A DNA stretch of 64,000 nucleotides from the NCBI GenBank assembly GCA_963850905.1, contig CAWKMU010000003.1, positions 3,328,001 to 3,392,000 of the forward strand, read 5' to 3'. The DNA is from an uncultured Gemmatimonadales bacterium (lineage in GTDB: Bacteria; Gemmatimonadota; Gemmatimonadetes; Gemmatimonadales; Gemmatimonadaceae). Of the stretch, positions 50,920-64,000 are shown piece by piece. The stretch's first letter is position 1. Each line of letters opens with the position of its first letter. The notes under the pieces are model-generated. The model had not been told where the DNA came from. It was given only the letters and a program-made list of their open reading frames with translations, and made no database searches. A program made the position numbers and the translations under genes.

Positions 50920-52379
50920 ACCCGCTTCCGCATGCGTGCCGACAGCACGCCCAGCTGATCGCGGTACTTGGCGACCGTGCGGCGCGCGATCTGGACGCCG
51001 CCGTCCTTCAGGATGTTCACGATCGCCTGGTCCGTGAGCGGGCGCTTCGAGTCCTCGTCTTCGACGAGCTTCTGGATCTGCGCCTTGATCCCGCGCGCCG
51101 AGACATCCTCGCCGCCCGACGTCGAGAGCCCGGAGGAGAAGAAGAACTTCAGCGGCAGGACGCCGCGCGGCGTCTGCACGAACTTCTCGTTCGTCACGCG
51201 ACTCACCGTCGATTCATGCATGTTGATGACCTCGGCCACCTCGCGGAGCGTCAGCGGCTTGAGGTACTGCACGCCCTTCTCGAAGAAATCGCGCTGCCGG
51301 TCGACGATGTAGTTCATCACCTTGAGCATGGTCTGCCGCCGCTGCTCGATCGCCTGAATCATCCAGTTGGCCGAGTTCAGCTTGTTGGAGATGAACTCCT
51401 TGTTCTCCCCGTCGAACTTCTTCTTGTCGCGAGCGATCTCCTGATACGCGCGACTCAGCTTCAGGCGCGGCAGATTGGCGTCGTTCAGGAAGACGTGGTA
51501 GCGCCCGTCGATCTTGTCCACGACGAGGTCCGGCGTGATGTAATTGTCGCTGGCACTGCTGTAGACCAGGCCCGGCTTGGGATCGAGCTTGGCGATCTCG
51601 TCGGCCGCCCGCTGGACTTCCGTCTGACTGATCGCGAACCGCTTCGAGATCTCGCTCCACCGGTGATTGATGAGCTCATCGAAGCAGTCGCGTACCAATC
51701 GATACGGCACGGACTGTTCGAGGCCAGCCTGACGCAGCTGCAGCATGAGACACTCGCGCAGGTCGCGGGCGCCGACTCCGGGCGGCTCGAGGTCCTGAAT
51801 GCGGGCCAGCATGCGCTCCGCCTCCTCGAGCGTGTAGAGCGGTAGCGGCCCCCCGTCATCACGACCCGATTCGTCTGCGATGCGCGCGAGCTCGGTGTTG
51901 ATGCCGTCGACGATCTCCTGCACCGAGCACACGAGGTAGCCTTCGTCGTTGACGTTGCCGACAAACTCCTCCGCGAGGCCCAGCTCGCGCGGCGACAGAT
52001 CGAGCAGGGCGATCTGGTCGACCAGGTGGTCGCTCAGGTCGCGGGTGGCCGCCGTGACAGGCTCGAAATACTCCTTCTCTTCGTGCTCCTCGCGCCGCCC
52101 GCCGGTGTCGAACCCCTCGAGAAGAATCTCCTCCCAGTCGATTTCGTCCTTGCGCTCCTCCTCCTTCGGCTCCTCCGCGGCCGGCTCCGCTTCCGCCTCC
52201 TCTTCCTCTTCTTCCTCCGGCTCGACGAGCTCGAGGAACGGGTTGGTCTCGAGCTCCTGCTTGAGATGTTGCTGCAAATCGAGCAGCGGCATGTACAGCA
52301 GGTCCATCGCCTGGTACAGGCGTGGATTGATCTTCAGTTCCTGCTTGAGTTGCGTTGTCTGACTCAGTCCGGCTTTCAT
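50916..52379 (-). CDS. rpoN: RNA polymerase sigma-54 factor
   Basis: Gln/Leu-rich region I, PGVGARDL.ECL, HESTVSR, RpoN box ARRTVAKYR. Confidence 0.98.
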   Translation of the reverse strand: MKAGLSQTTQLKQELKINPRLYQAMDLLYMPLLDLQQHLKQELETNPFLELVEPEEEEEEEAEAEPAAEEPKEEERKDEIDWEEILLEGFDTGGRREEHEEKEYFEPVTAATRDLSDHLVDQIALLDLSPRELGLAEEFVGNVNDEGYLVCSVQEIVDGINTELARIADESGRDDGGPLPLYTLEEAERMLARIQDLEPPGVGARDLRECLMLQLRQAGLEQSVPYRLVRDCFDELINHRWSEISKRFAISQTEVQRAADEIAKLDPKPGLVYSSASDNYITPDLVVDKIDGRYHVFLNDANLPRLKLSRAYQEIARDKKKFDGENKEFISNKLNSANWMIQAIEQRRQTMLKVMNYIVDRQRDFFEKGVQYLKPLTLREVAEVINMHESTVSRVTNEKFVQTPRGVLPLKFFFSSGLSTSGGEDVSARGIKAQIQKLVEDEDSKRPLTDQAIVNILKDGGVQIARRTVAKYRDQLGVLSARMRKRV

Positions 52380-52422
52380 TCCGCTTCACTCCTCCGGCAG
52401 GCGCCGTGCTCGTCTGCGTGCA

Positions 52423-53649
52423 TTACGACGCTGAGAATCGCGAACGCAGGCGCGCAGTGAGCGTTGGGCCGAGATAGATCTCTGCCACCTTTTCATCGTA
52501 GACCAGCTCCTGCACTGTGCCCGAAACCTGCACCTTCCCATCGAACATGATGTACGCGCGATCGACAATGTCCAGCGTCTGCTCGACATTGTGGTCGCTA
52601 ATCAGGACGCCGATGCCGCGATGCCGGAGGCCGGCCACAATGGTCTGAATGTCGTGGACGGCGATCGGATCGACTCCGGCGAACGGTTCATCGAGCATCA
52701 TGAACTTAGGCTCCGTCACGAGTGCGCGCGTAATCTCGAGCCGGCGGCGCTCACCCCCCGACAACGCGTAGGCTTTGCTCTGCCGGAGATGCTTGATGCT
52801 CAATTCGTCCAACAGCTCCTCGAGTCGCGCGTGGCGCTCGTCGCTCTGCAAAGGCAACGTCTCGAGGATCGCGAGTACGTTGTCCTCGACCGACAATTTC
52901 CTGAAGACCGACGGCTCTTGCGACAGATAGCCAATGCCACGGCGCGCGCGCCGATACATCGGCATCTCCGTGATGTCTTCTCCGTCGAGCACGATGCGGC
53001 CGGTGAGGGGGGGAATGAGGCCGACGATCATGTAGAACACCGTCGTCTTTCCGGCGCCATTGGGCCCCAGCAACCCGACGATCTCCCCTTGTTGCAATCG
53101 GAGGGCCACGTCATTCACCACCTTGCGCCGGCGATACACCTTGACCAGCCCCTTGGCCTCGAGCAGGCTATGGCCGGCATCGATCGTCGCCGCCGCGACG
53201 GCCCCCGAGGGTCGCTCACCGAGGGCGAGCAGCGCCTGCGCCAGGTCCATGCGGTACCGGCCCACCTGCGACCAGATGCCCGGCGCGAAGGTGATCCGGG
53301 CATCCCCAACCAGCTCGTCGTGCGGTGGGAGCTGGACCACGCCCTCGCGCGCGAGGCGTGGCAGCAGCGACCCGGCGAGATAGGTGCGGACCTCGTCCAG
53401 GGAGAGCCGGCCGGATTCGCGTTCGGCATCGCGCCCCTCGGCTCGGACGAGCCGCAGGTGTCGGTCACGAAAGGCGATGGCGACGTCGTTGAGCGAGGCC
53501 GCCCCGCCGTCGTCCGTACCCGCCAGCAAGCAGCCCAGCAACAGCGAAAGCGACCGATCGCTCTCGCCGATCCGGCGTAGCAACGCCTGCACGTCGCTCG
53601 GGATCGCACCCGGCGTGGGGGTCGAGCGCTGGCCATTGCCTTCTACCAT
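52423..53649 (-). CDS. lptB: LPS export ABC ATPase with about 160-aa N-terminal extension
   Basis: [49 protein letters not shown]. Confidence 0.92.
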   Translation of the reverse strand: MVEGNGQRSTPTPGAIPSDVQALLRRIGESDRSLSLLLGCLLAGTDDGGAASLNDVAIAFRDRHLRLVRAEGRDAERESGRLSLDEVRTYLAGSLLPRLAREGVVQLPPHDELVGDARITFAPGIWSQVGRYRMDLAQALLALGERPSGAVAAATIDAGHSLLEAKGLVKVYRRRKVVNDVALRLQQGEIVGLLGPNGAGKTTVFYMIVGLIPPLTGRIVLDGEDITEMPMYRRARRGIGYLSQEPSVFRKLSVEDNVLAILETLPLQSDERHARLEELLDELSIKHLRQSKAYALSGGERRRLEITRALVTEPKFMMLDEPFAGVDPIAVHDIQTIVAGLRHRGIGVLISDHNVEQTLDIVDRAYIMFDGKVQVSGTVQELVYDEKVAEIYLGPTLTARLRSRFSAS

Positions 53650-55580
53650 CCGGCCGCCTCCTTGCTCACCACCTGCGCCAGACCCCCAAGCACACCCGGT
53701 GGCGCCGTGGGCGCTGGACGGGAGACCGCTGCCTGGTGCGGCGGGGTCCCGCCCGGGGGCGGTGGCGCCGCGGGCGGCGGCGCCGGGGGCGGTGCGCCAC
53801 TCGGCGGCGGCTGGGTCGCTGGAGGCATTTGACTCGCCGGTGGCGTACGCGCCGCCCTCGCGCTGTCGGCAGCCGCGCTATCGGCGGCCGCGTGCTCGGC
53901 CGCCGCACTGTCCGCCATCGCCGCGCTGTCGGCCATCGCGGCACTATCGACCACCGGCGCAGGACGCGGAGCAGCATGCGCTGGCGCCGCTGTGCTGTCG
54001 GGTCCGCCCTTCGCGCCCTTCGGCCGTTTCTTGGGCTTCGCCAACGTGTCTGTCAGCGCCCGCGCGCGTCGCGCCGAGTCCTTGTTGACGCTGTCGGCCT
54101 GCGGCTCGAGATAGATGCCGGCGGCGCTATCGGTAACGATGATCATCTGCACTTGCTTGTTCAGAAAATGGATCGTGATCACGCGACCCCGCGTGTAGTC
54201 GATGGCGGGCCGCGTCTCCTTCTTGTCGCGCGGCGCCAGCTGGTAGAACGCGTGCGCGTTGCCGCTCGCGACCATCGTGCGCAGCTCCGGCTGGGTGTCC
54301 GCGGCAGGCGGTGCCGCGTGCGGCGCGGGACCGCTTCCATCCCCCTGGCCAGCCGGGCGCGTGTTGGCAACGGGCGCGGTGCCCGGCGCTTCGGACGACG
54401 CGTGGCCGGCCGAGTCGCGCCGATGCAGCTGACTCGTGTCGAAGTAGGCGAAAATCGTGTCGCCTTTCATCCAATCGCGCTCCTTCGAGCGGAAGTGCGT
54501 CGTGTCCGGCTCCCCAGTCGCGTAGGCCTTTCGCACCGCCCGGATCTGATGGATCACCTGGCCCGGCATGCGCACGTCAATCGAGTCGGCGAGAATGTCC
54601 CGCTCCGGCGTCATCGCATGGGCGCGACTGGGCCCCCAGGCGTAGGAGCGCGAAAGCACTTTGTCCGTGAAGCGCATGTCGATGGTGTCAGCCGTCAGGT
54701 GCATGTCTTTGCTCACCGCATCGGCGTGCCGAATGGAGACGACCCGGACGAGCTCGTGGTTCACGGTGTAAAGGTCGACCACGTCTCCCTTGAGGGTGAA
54801 CGGATGCTGCTCCTGCGTCCCGTGAATGACAGGGTTGATCATGAGTTGCGCGAAACCGGTCCCCTGGTTCATGAACGCCGAGTCGCTCGTGGCGATGAGG
54901 TCCGTACGCTTGATGATGACCTTCCGCGACGCGTAGACCAAACTGTCGCCATTCATGTAGACGAGATTGGCGTCGACCCCCGCGGTGTCGGCCTGCGTGC
55001 TGTTCGAGTCTCGCTGCACGAGGTGAAAATGGGGCCGGCCCGGCGCAGTGAGCTGCGCGCGCGGCCGTACGTCGGGGATCGAGCGCAGGTAGTCGGCGTG
55101 CGGGCCGTGCATGGTCGTCCCGCTCGGCAACACTGCGACCACGTTCGTGTCCGCGAGCAGCCGCTCGGTCTGCACGAAGTACGTCATGTGGTGCGCGTCG
55201 ATCACTGCCCGCGGATCGGTGTAATGCACGTGCCCAATGAGGTACAATAGGCCTTGGTCTTCGTAGTACTCGGCACTGTCCGCCTTGAGCCGAACCCCCG
55301 GCTGGTTGGCGCAGTGCGCGATGACGCGGCCGCCGCTGAAGGTGTTGTACGCGCCGCTCGGCTGCTTGATGTGATTCGAGTGTGTGGTGATCGTGTCATC
55401 GAAGACGAGATTGCACGGACCGCCCGGCTCCTGCGTCGCAGCCGCTTGCGCGCGGGCTGGTCGCGCCACACCGGCCCACATGCCCACTACCGCCCCTGCA
55501 AGCATCAGAGCGTAACCACCCTGACGCCGCGAGGAGCGCCCGCCCAACGGTGGGCCGAAGGCGAAGTGGGCCAGGCGCAT
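53643..55580 (-). CDS. Long LptA/OstA-type beta-jellyroll protein with Pro/Ala-rich tail
   Basis: Lies between lptC and lptB; repeated ADS/ADT/GD.I beta motifs; signal-like segment. Confidence 0.75.
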   Translation of the reverse strand: MRLAHFAFGPPLGGRSSRRQGGYALMLAGAVVGMWAGVARPARAQAAATQEPGGPCNLVFDDTITTHSNHIKQPSGAYNTFSGGRVIAHCANQPGVRLKADSAEYYEDQGLLYLIGHVHYTDPRAVIDAHHMTYFVQTERLLADTNVVAVLPSGTTMHGPHADYLRSIPDVRPRAQLTAPGRPHFHLVQRDSNSTQADTAGVDANLVYMNGDSLVYASRKVIIKRTDLIATSDSAFMNQGTGFAQLMINPVIHGTQEQHPFTLKGDVVDLYTVNHELVRVVSIRHADAVSKDMHLTADTIDMRFTDKVLSRSYAWGPSRAHAMTPERDILADSIDVRMPGQVIHQIRAVRKAYATGEPDTTHFRSKERDWMKGDTIFAYFDTSQLHRRDSAGHASSEAPGTAPVANTRPAGQGDGSGPAPHAAPPAADTQPELRTMVASGNAHAFYQLAPRDKKETRPAIDYTRGRVITIHFLNKQVQMIIVTDSAAGIYLEPQADSVNKDSARRARALTDTLAKPKKRPKGAKGGPDSTAAPAHAAPRPAPVVDSAAMADSAAMADSAAAEHAAADSAAADSARAARTPPASQMPPATQPPPSGAPPPAPPPAAPPPPGGTPPHQAAVSRPAPTAPPGVLGGLAQVVSKEAAGW

Positions 55581-55581
55581 C

Positions 55582-56418
55582 TCAAGGCGTCGGTCGGGCG
55601 GCCGGAGGCGAGGCCTGCGGTTGCGGCGCGGCCGGCGCGGCCGGCGCGGGGACCGTGGGAGTCGTGACCGCACCGGGCATGCCCGGAGGCATGGCGCCAG
55701 TCGCTCGGCCGTGCGTCGCCGCGTGCACGCTCGCTCCCGGCGCACTCGCAGGGCCGCCACCGGCCGATGGTGGCGCGCCGCGGCCCGGCACAGGACGGGC
55801 CGCGCCATTCGGAGCGCGCACAGGAGCGCCAGAGCGGGCCGTGTCCCCTGGCCCACCCGGCAGCGTCACTGTCCCGGCATACCCGGAGCACGCCCGGAAG
55901 CACTTCATGTTGTTCATGTCGGGATCCGACGTGAAACCGATGCCGATCATCTGACGCGTCGCATTCGAATCGGTGAGGGTGAACGAGGTATCACTCGAGA
56001 TCTCGTTCCGCGTCTGGGAATAGCGCAACACGGGCGTGGTCAGGCGGCGGCCATCTTCCGACACCACCACGACGTTCCCCCGCGCCTCCATGTTGTTCGT
56101 GCGCGTGTTGTACGTGCCCTCCCGCGAGGTCAGGACGGCGTTCTTGGCACCCGTTACGGTGAAGAACACGGTCCGCACCCCACGCATCTCGACGCGCGTA
56201 TTGTCATCGAACACGTACGCCGTATCGCCATAGACCTCGGCCTTCATGACGCCGCCATCCGTCACGACCGACTTGGTGTGATACAGCACCTGGTCCGCTG
56301 AATCGGCGAGCGGGTTCCTGACGGCGACGGGCAACTGCTTCTCACTGCTACACCCGATCGACAGCGTCAGCACCACCGCGCCGGCGATCGCGACAGCACC
56401 GCGCATACCGGGCCTCAT
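55582..56418 (-). CDS. lptC: LPS export periplasmic protein LptC
   Basis: Lipobox-like SIGC; LTS.EG.Y, ARGNVVV, LTT..L.Y; operon position. Confidence 0.85.
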   Translation of the reverse strand: MRPGMRGAVAIAGAVVLTLSIGCSSEKQLPVAVRNPLADSADQVLYHTKSVVTDGGVMKAEVYGDTAYVFDDNTRVEMRGVRTVFFTVTGAKNAVLTSREGTYNTRTNNMEARGNVVVVSEDGRRLTTPVLRYSQTRNEISSDTSFTLTDSNATRQMIGIGFTSDPDMNNMKCFRACSGYAGTVTLPGGPGDTARSGAPVRAPNGAARPVPGRGAPPSAGGGPASAPGASVHAATHGRATGAMPPGMPGAVTTPTVPAPAAPAAPQPQASPPAARPTP

Positions 56419-57485
56419 ACCACCCCTGCGCGCAGCAGGTCGTGCAGATGCACAATGCCAACGACCAGCCGCGTCTCGTCGACCACGGGCAGGGCCATGA
56501 TCCCCCCCTCCTGCATCCGATACACGGCCGCGCTTCCGAGCTCGGCGGCGTGGGCCGTCCGTGGCTCACGGGTCATGATCTCGGACACCGGGACGTTGAG
56601 CCACCCGGTCTCGTCCCGATGACGCAGCCGGCGCATGTCGCCCGCCGTCACGACGCCCAGCAGTCGCCGAGCGGCATCCGTCACGATGAGCGTCCCGCGA
56701 CGTTCCGAGATCGTGAAGAGCGCGCTCTCCATGACTTCGGTCGGCGGCGCCACCGGGAGGTCCTCTCGAACCATGACGTCCCCGACGCGCGTCAGCAGCT
56801 GTTTCCCGAGCGCGCCACCCGGATGCAGGCGAGCGAAATCCTCCCGCCGGAATCCCTTTTCCTGGAGCAGCGTCACCGCGAGCGCATCGCCAATCGCCAT
56901 CGCGGCGGTCGTGCTCGTCGTCGGCGCGAGGTCGTGCGGGCAGGCTTCCTCGTCGACCGCCGCGTCGAGCACGACGTCGGCATGACTCGCCAATGTCGAC
57001 GCCACAGCGCCCGTCACGGCGATGGTGCGCACGCCCAGCCGCTGGAGATGCTCGAGAAGCGCAAGCACCTCGTGCGACTCGCCACTCTTCGAGATGAGGA
57101 CAGCGACATCGCCGGTCCCCACGATGCCCAGGTCGCCGTGCACGCTGTCGGCAGGGTGAAGAAACGTCGCTGGTGTACCGGTCGACGTGAGTGTTGCGGC
57201 GATCTTGCGACCGACCAGACCCGACTTCCCCACACCGGCGACGATCACGCGTCCCGGTGCGCCGGCGATCAGGTGCACCGCGTCCGCGAAGTGGCGGTCC
57301 AAACGCCGCTCCAGCGCCTGCAGCGCCTCGCGCTCCGTCTGGATCACCGCGCGTCCACGCTCGACGATGCGCGTATCAGCACCGGCACCGTCGCTCGTCG
57401 TTGCCCGGCGCGCCGCCGGCGCCGCGAGCGTCGCCGTCCCGCCCGGCGCCACCGCTGTCGGCCCGTTCTTCCGACTCTTCGCCAC
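56415..57485 (-). CDS. kdsD: Arabinose-5-phosphate isomerase (SIS + CBS)
   Basis: GVGKSG, HGDLG, SKSGES, EACP..LAPTTST, HPGG.LG. Confidence 0.95.
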   Translation of the reverse strand: MAKSRKNGPTAVAPGGTATLAAPAARRATTSDGAGADTRIVERGRAVIQTEREALQALERRLDRHFADAVHLIAGAPGRVIVAGVGKSGLVGRKIAATLTSTGTPATFLHPADSVHGDLGIVGTGDVAVLISKSGESHEVLALLEHLQRLGVRTIAVTGAVASTLASHADVVLDAAVDEEACPHDLAPTTSTTAAMAIGDALAVTLLQEKGFRREDFARLHPGGALGKQLLTRVGDVMVREDLPVAPPTEVMESALFTISERRGTLIVTDAARRLLGVVTAGDMRRLRHRDETGWLNVPVSEIMTREPRTAHAAELGSAAVYRMQEGGIMALPVVDETRLVVGIVHLHDLLRAGVV

Positions 57486-58153
57486 TAGGTCCGCACCTCG
57501 GGGGCGTTCATCGTGCCGGTGACATACTGCTCGACGACATCATCCCACTGGCCGCGTGCGCGCAACAGCATCTCCGCGAATTCGCGGACGGCGCCCGCGC
57601 CACCGGCACGCTGCAACCGAAGGGCGGCTACTCGTTTGATCGCGGGCACGGCGTTGGCAACCGCCACGGGCAGACCGACCGACCGCATAATGGCGAGATC
57701 GGGATAGTCATCACCGACGAACGCCGTCTCGGCCAGCGACACCCCACGTCGCTCCAGGATTCGCAACAGGCCCGGAAGCTTTCGCGCCTGTCCATCCTGA
57801 TAAAGGTCGTCCGCGCGCAGCTCTTGCGCTCGGAGCTCCACGCTCCGCGACACCCGCCCGGTCACGATCGCGACCAACAGGCCCGACTGTCGCAGCAGGA
57901 ACACGCCAAGCCCATCCTGAATGTCGTACCGCTTGAACTCGAGCGGCGCGCCCGCGACGTCCCCGAGATAGATCCCGCCGTCGGTCATCACGCCGTCCAC
58001 GTCGAGCCCGACCAATCGGATCCGCCTCGCGACGCCCGGATCGATGCTCGAGCTCGCACGGCGCGCTCCCGTGGCAGGTGACGATACCCGCCCGTCACGT
58101 CCAGCCGCGCCGGCGCCCCGACGCCCGGCTCCGTTTCGTCTCATCGTCGGCAC
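57485..58153 (-). CDS. kdsC: Kdo-8-phosphate phosphatase
   Basis: [26 protein letters not shown]. Confidence 0.93.
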   Translation of the reverse strand: MPTMRRNGAGRRGAGAAGRDGRVSSPATGARRASSSIDPGVARRIRLVGLDVDGVMTDGGIYLGDVAGAPLEFKRYDIQDGLGVFLLRQSGLLVAIVTGRVSRSVELRAQELRADDLYQDGQARKLPGLLRILERRGVSLAETAFVGDDYPDLAIMRSVGLPVAVANAVPAIKRVAALRLQRAGGAGAVREFAEMLLRARGQWDDVVEQYVTGTMNAPEVRT

Positions 58154-58965
58154 CTCGCCCAGACATCGACGATCCGATCGAGCAGCGGAGCCAGCTCGGT
58201 GAGCGGGAGCATGTTGGGTCCGTCGCTCGGCGCGTGGTCAGGGTCGGGATGCGTTTCCAGGAACAGGCCCTGGGCACCCGCGGCGACCGCCGCGAGAGCC
58301 AGCGGTGGGATGAACTCTCGCGCGCCCCCGCTGGCACCCGCTGCGCCTTGACCGGGCCGCTGCACGCTGTGCGTCGCGTCGAACACGACCGGGGCAGCAC
58401 ACGCGTCGCGCAGGCGGGGAAACGCCCGCATGTCGACGACGAGATCGCCGTAGCCAAAGAACGTTCCACGCTCGGTCACCGCGACCTCTGACCGGTCGTG
58501 CCCGTGGGCGGCGCTGCGCACCTTGTCGACCGCCCCGCGCATGCCTTCAGGATGCATCCACTGTCCCTTCTTGATGTTGACGGGCCGTCCCGTCGCGCCG
58601 GCCGCTTGCAGGAGATCGGTCTGCCGGCAGAGAAACGCCGGGATCTGCAAGACATCGACGACCTGGGCCGCAACGGCGCATTGGGCCGGCTCATGTACGT
58701 CGGTCAGGATGCGCAGGCCGGTCGCGGCACGCACGCGGGCGAGGGCCTCGAGCCCCTCCTCGAGGCCGGGCCCCCGATGGGCCGCGACGTTCGAGCGATT
58801 CGCCTTATCGAAGCTCGCCTTGAAGATCACGCCGCCTGGAATGCGTTCGCTCAGGCGCGCCAGATATTCGCCAACGCCGAGATTGAGTCCCTCGTCCTCG
58901 AGCACACACGGGCCGGCGATCAGAAAGAGCGCATCGGCCGGGAAGGCTGGCGAGTGGCACGCCAC
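58141..58965 (-). CDS. kdsA: Kdo-8-phosphate synthase
   Basis: [45 protein letters not shown]. Confidence 0.97.
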   Translation of the reverse strand: MACHSPAFPADALFLIAGPCVLEDEGLNLGVGEYLARLSERIPGGVIFKASFDKANRSNVAAHRGPGLEEGLEALARVRAATGLRILTDVHEPAQCAVAAQVVDVLQIPAFLCRQTDLLQAAGATGRPVNIKKGQWMHPEGMRGAVDKVRSAAHGHDRSEVAVTERGTFFGYGDLVVDMRAFPRLRDACAAPVVFDATHSVQRPGQGAAGASGGAREFIPPLALAAVAAGAQGLFLETHPDPDHAPSDGPNMLPLTELAPLLDRIVDVWARCRR

Positions 58966-58968
58966 CAG

Positions 58969-61490
<2,522 letters not shown>

Positions 61491-61561
61491 CTGGCGACAC
61501 CGCCGCAGCGCTCGCCGCGCTGCCGACACGGCCGATAGAAAGGGCAAAAGCGCGGCGCGCT

Positions 61562-61577
61562 AGCAAGATTCACGCCA
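61562..61577 (-). promoter_or_regulatory. Candidate sigma54 binding site
   Basis: TGGCGTGAATCTTGCT (GG-N10-GC) about 70 bp upstream of kdsB. Confidence 0.55.
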
Positions 61578-61580
61578 TCG

Positions 61581-61609
61581 AAATTACCGGTCGGCAGAAG
61601 AAAAAGCAA
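61581..61609 (-). promoter_or_regulatory. Candidate sigma70 promoter for the kdsB-rpoN operon
   Basis: TTGCTT-N17-TAATTT in an AT-rich patch. Confidence 0.5.
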
Positions 61610-61695
61610 ACCACGCTCGCGTATCGGTTTGCCGCGATGCGTGCCCCTCCGACAACCCGGTGGACGCCGCGCGTAGGGGCGAAACATGCGTCGCC

Positions 61696-62382
61696 CTACG
61701 ATGTGGCACCGCTCGCCAGGACCGGGACCACGCCCCCTTGGGATGCGTGGTAGTCGTCCGCCAGACGAAGGAAATTCGCCAGGAGGCGCTTCCCGCCCGC
61801 GGTCAGCACAGACTCCGGGTGGAACTGGACGCCCCACACCGGATCGCGGCGATGCCGCATGGCGTGGATCTCCTCCGGGTCATCGGTCGCCCGGGCCAGG
61901 ACGGCCAGCGTGTCTGGAAGCGAGGCGCGATCCACGATCAGTGAGTGATAGCGCATGACCCGCAGCGGCGAGGGGAGGCCGTCGAACAAGCCGCCCCCAT
62001 CATGCGCTACGTCGGACGTCTTCCCGTGCATGACCCGACCGGCTCGGACCACCCGAGCCCCGTACGCTTCCCCGATCGCTTGATGGCCGAGACAGACGCC
62101 GAGAATCGGGATCTCGCTACCCCAGCGCCGCACGAGCGGGACGCTGATCCCGGCCTCGGCCGGCGTACACGGCCCCGGTGAGATCACGATCGCGCGTGGC
62201 GCGAGCGGGCCGATGTCGTCGACCGCCAGCGCGTCGTTGCGCCGCACCACGGGGTGCTCCCCCAGCTCGCCCAGGTATTGGACGAGGTTGTACGTGAACG
62301 AGTCGTAGTTGTCGATCACCAGCACCGGCCCGCTCGCCGGACTCGAGCGCGGCCGCGGGGTCGCCTCCGCGTGTGGGGTCAC
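61696..62382 (-). CDS. Anthranilate/aminodeoxychorismate synthase component II (TrpG/PabA)
   Basis: [33 protein letters not shown]. Confidence 0.95.
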   Translation of the reverse strand: MTPHAEATPRPRSSPASGPVLVIDNYDSFTYNLVQYLGELGEHPVVRRNDALAVDDIGPLAPRAIVISPGPCTPAEAGISVPLVRRWGSEIPILGVCLGHQAIGEAYGARVVRAGRVMHGKTSDVAHDGGGLFDGLPSPLRVMRYHSLIVDRASLPDTLAVLARATDDPEEIHAMRHRRDPVWGVQFHPESVLTAGGKRLLANFLRLADDYHASQGGVVPVLASGATS

Positions 62383-62383
62383 C

Positions 62384-63308
62384 TCAACCTCGGGGATGAA
62401 ACTGACGATGCACGCTGCGTAGATACTCGCGATCGACGTGGGTGTAAATCTGCGTCGTCGAAATATCGGCGTGCCCCAACATGTCCTGCACGGCCCGCAG
62501 GTCGGCGCCCCCCTCGAGCAGGTGCGTCGCGAAGGAGTGTCGCAGCGTATGCGGTGTCACGCGCTTGGTAATGCCGGCCGCCGTGACGTACTTCCGGAGC
62601 ACCTTCCACGCACCCATCCGGGTCAGCGGCTCACCGCGCGCGTTGAGTAAGAGCATCCCGCGGCCCCCTCCGCGCTCGAGCCGCGGACGCAATTCGCGCA
62701 GGTACACCGCCACCGCACCGATCGCCGGCCGCCCGATCGGAACGAGCCGCTCCTTGTTGCCCTTCCCCACGACACGCGACCAACGCCTCAGCCAGCACCA
62801 CATCCCGCACGCCGAGCGTGATCCACTCCGACACGCGAAGCCCGGCGCCGTACGCGAGCTCGAGCAACGCGCGATCGCGAAACGCGAGCGTCTCGTCCAA
62901 TGAGGGCGCCGCCACCAGTCGCTGTACCTCGTCGACCGTCAATACCTCGGGCAGACTCCGCCACCGGTTCGGCATTTCCAGCCGCTCCGTCGGATCGCGG
63001 ACCACATGTCCGTCGGCCAGCAGGAAGCGGTAGTACGTTCGAACCGCCGACACATTGCGCCGGATCGATGCGGGGGCGAGTCCCAGATCCTTCAGGTGGT
63101 AGACGTAGTCCCGGACCAGCCGCATCCCGATCGCCGTCGGTGCGGGCGCCCCGTGCGCTGCGGCATACGTGGCGAATCGCGTCACGTCGCGACCGTACGC
63201 TTCGCAGGTCAGCGGCGCAGCGCTGCGCTCGAGAGACAGGAAGTCCGCGAATGGCTCGAGGAGGAATGCGCGCCCGATCTGCGGCCCGATCGCCTGGCTA
63301 TCCACCAT
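62384..63308 (-). CDS. xerD: Tyrosine recombinase XerD with apparent frameshift near 62778
   Basis: GLRVSE in ORF 62631-63488; [29 protein letters not shown] in ORF 62384-62803. Confidence 0.85.
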
Positions 63309-63777
63309 CCACCGTCGCAACCGCAATGCACGCCAGCCCTTCGCCCGCTCCAATCCACCCCATACCTTCGTTGGTCTTGCCCTTGATGCTGACCGCGCTG
63401 GTCGGCAGTCCCAGCGCGTTGGCAATCGCTGCCTGCATCGCCGCCCGGTGCGCGGCGAGCCGAGGGCGCTCCGCAATGACCGTGACATCGATCTGTCGCG
63501 GAACGAGGCGCATCACCAGGAGACGGGCGACCGCCGCCCGCAGCATCTCCAGCGAATCACGACCGCGATTGGCCGGATCGTGGTCCGGGAACATCTCGCC
63601 GATATCACCCGCGGCGCCCGCCCCGAGCAACGCGTCGGTCACCGCGTGCGCGATCGCGTCGCCGTCCGAATGCCCCGCAAGATGCTCCTCAACCGGAATA
63701 CGGATCCCACCCAATACGAGGGGGCCGCCGGGAGCGAACCGGTGAGAATCGTAACCAATCCCAACGCGCGACTTCAC
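63298..63777 (-). CDS. ispF: 2-C-methyl-D-erythritol 2,4-cyclodiphosphate synthase
   Basis: GIGYDSHRF, GHSDGD, DIG.MFPD, KGKTNE.MG. Confidence 0.96.
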   Translation of the reverse strand: MKSRVGIGYDSHRFAPGGPLVLGGIRIPVEEHLAGHSDGDAIAHAVTDALLGAGAAGDIGEMFPDHDPANRGRDSLEMLRAAVARLLVMRLVPRQIDVTVIAERPRLAAHRAAMQAAIANALGLPTSAVSIKGKTNEGMGWIGAGEGLACIAVATVDGG

Positions 63778-63797
63778 CGTGCGGCCGCGCCCGCGCG

Positions 63798-64000
63798 CTA
63801 GGCCGCTGCCGGGGCCAGCGTCGACCGCGGCCGAGCCTCCGCTGGTGGAGCGATGATCGAGTAGTCCTGACGCCGGCGCGCCGGCCGGAACCCCGCGTCG
63901 CGAATCAGGCGATCGAGTTCCTCGATCGTCGTGCGATGGGTCGTGTTGGCCGCAGACACCACGTTCTCCTCGATCATGAGCGAGCCGAAGTCGTTGCACC
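63798..64000 (-). CDS. mqnC: C-terminus of CofH/MqnC-family radical SAM protein (partial)
   Basis: Hand translation CNDFGSLMIEENVVSAA...LIRDAGFRPARR.QDY; stop at 63798-63800. Confidence 0.8.
   Translation of the reverse strand, partial: CNDFGSLMIEENVVSAANTTHRTTIEELDRLIRDAGFRPARRRQDYSIIAPPAEARPRSTLAPAAA

Noticed and set aside
62384..63308. Prophage or island integrase
   Set aside because: Sits in core context between ispF and trpG with a XerD-type C-terminus and no att sites or phage genes

Overview
High-GC bacterial chromosomal segment, inferred to be Gemmatimonadota from its SusC/SusD-type pair and the mqnC-ispF-xerD-trpG and kdsB-pyrG-kdsA-kdsC-kdsD-lptCAB-rpoN gene order. The left half (1-37 kb) is accessory. 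It holds a SusC/SusD pair, a probable cyclic-amide/ureide catabolic operon, a four-gene DyP/catalase-like/DUF2252 operon, an orphan RhaD-SDR fusion, a complete IS1202-like element with a 16-bp target duplication, two S41 proteases, a ribokinase with a transporter, and several secreted proteins. A canonical 28-bp XerCD dif site lies at 37185-37212, where gene orientation also flips, so the window probably spans the replication terminus. Next to dif sits an uncharacterised protein with two tandem Ner/HTH-like domains and its own sigma70-like promoter. Upstream of it is a structured RNA with terminator/antiterminator architecture; this dif-adjacent module is the best candidate for an undescribed system. 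The right half is core envelope biology: a GT-C/GT2/GT4 glycosylation cluster, Kdo/Lpt genes, rpoN, and an LptB with an unusual N-terminal extension. About nine single-base frameshifts across seven genes, one of them xerD, look like assembly indels. All calls come from reading motifs by eye; no searches were run.
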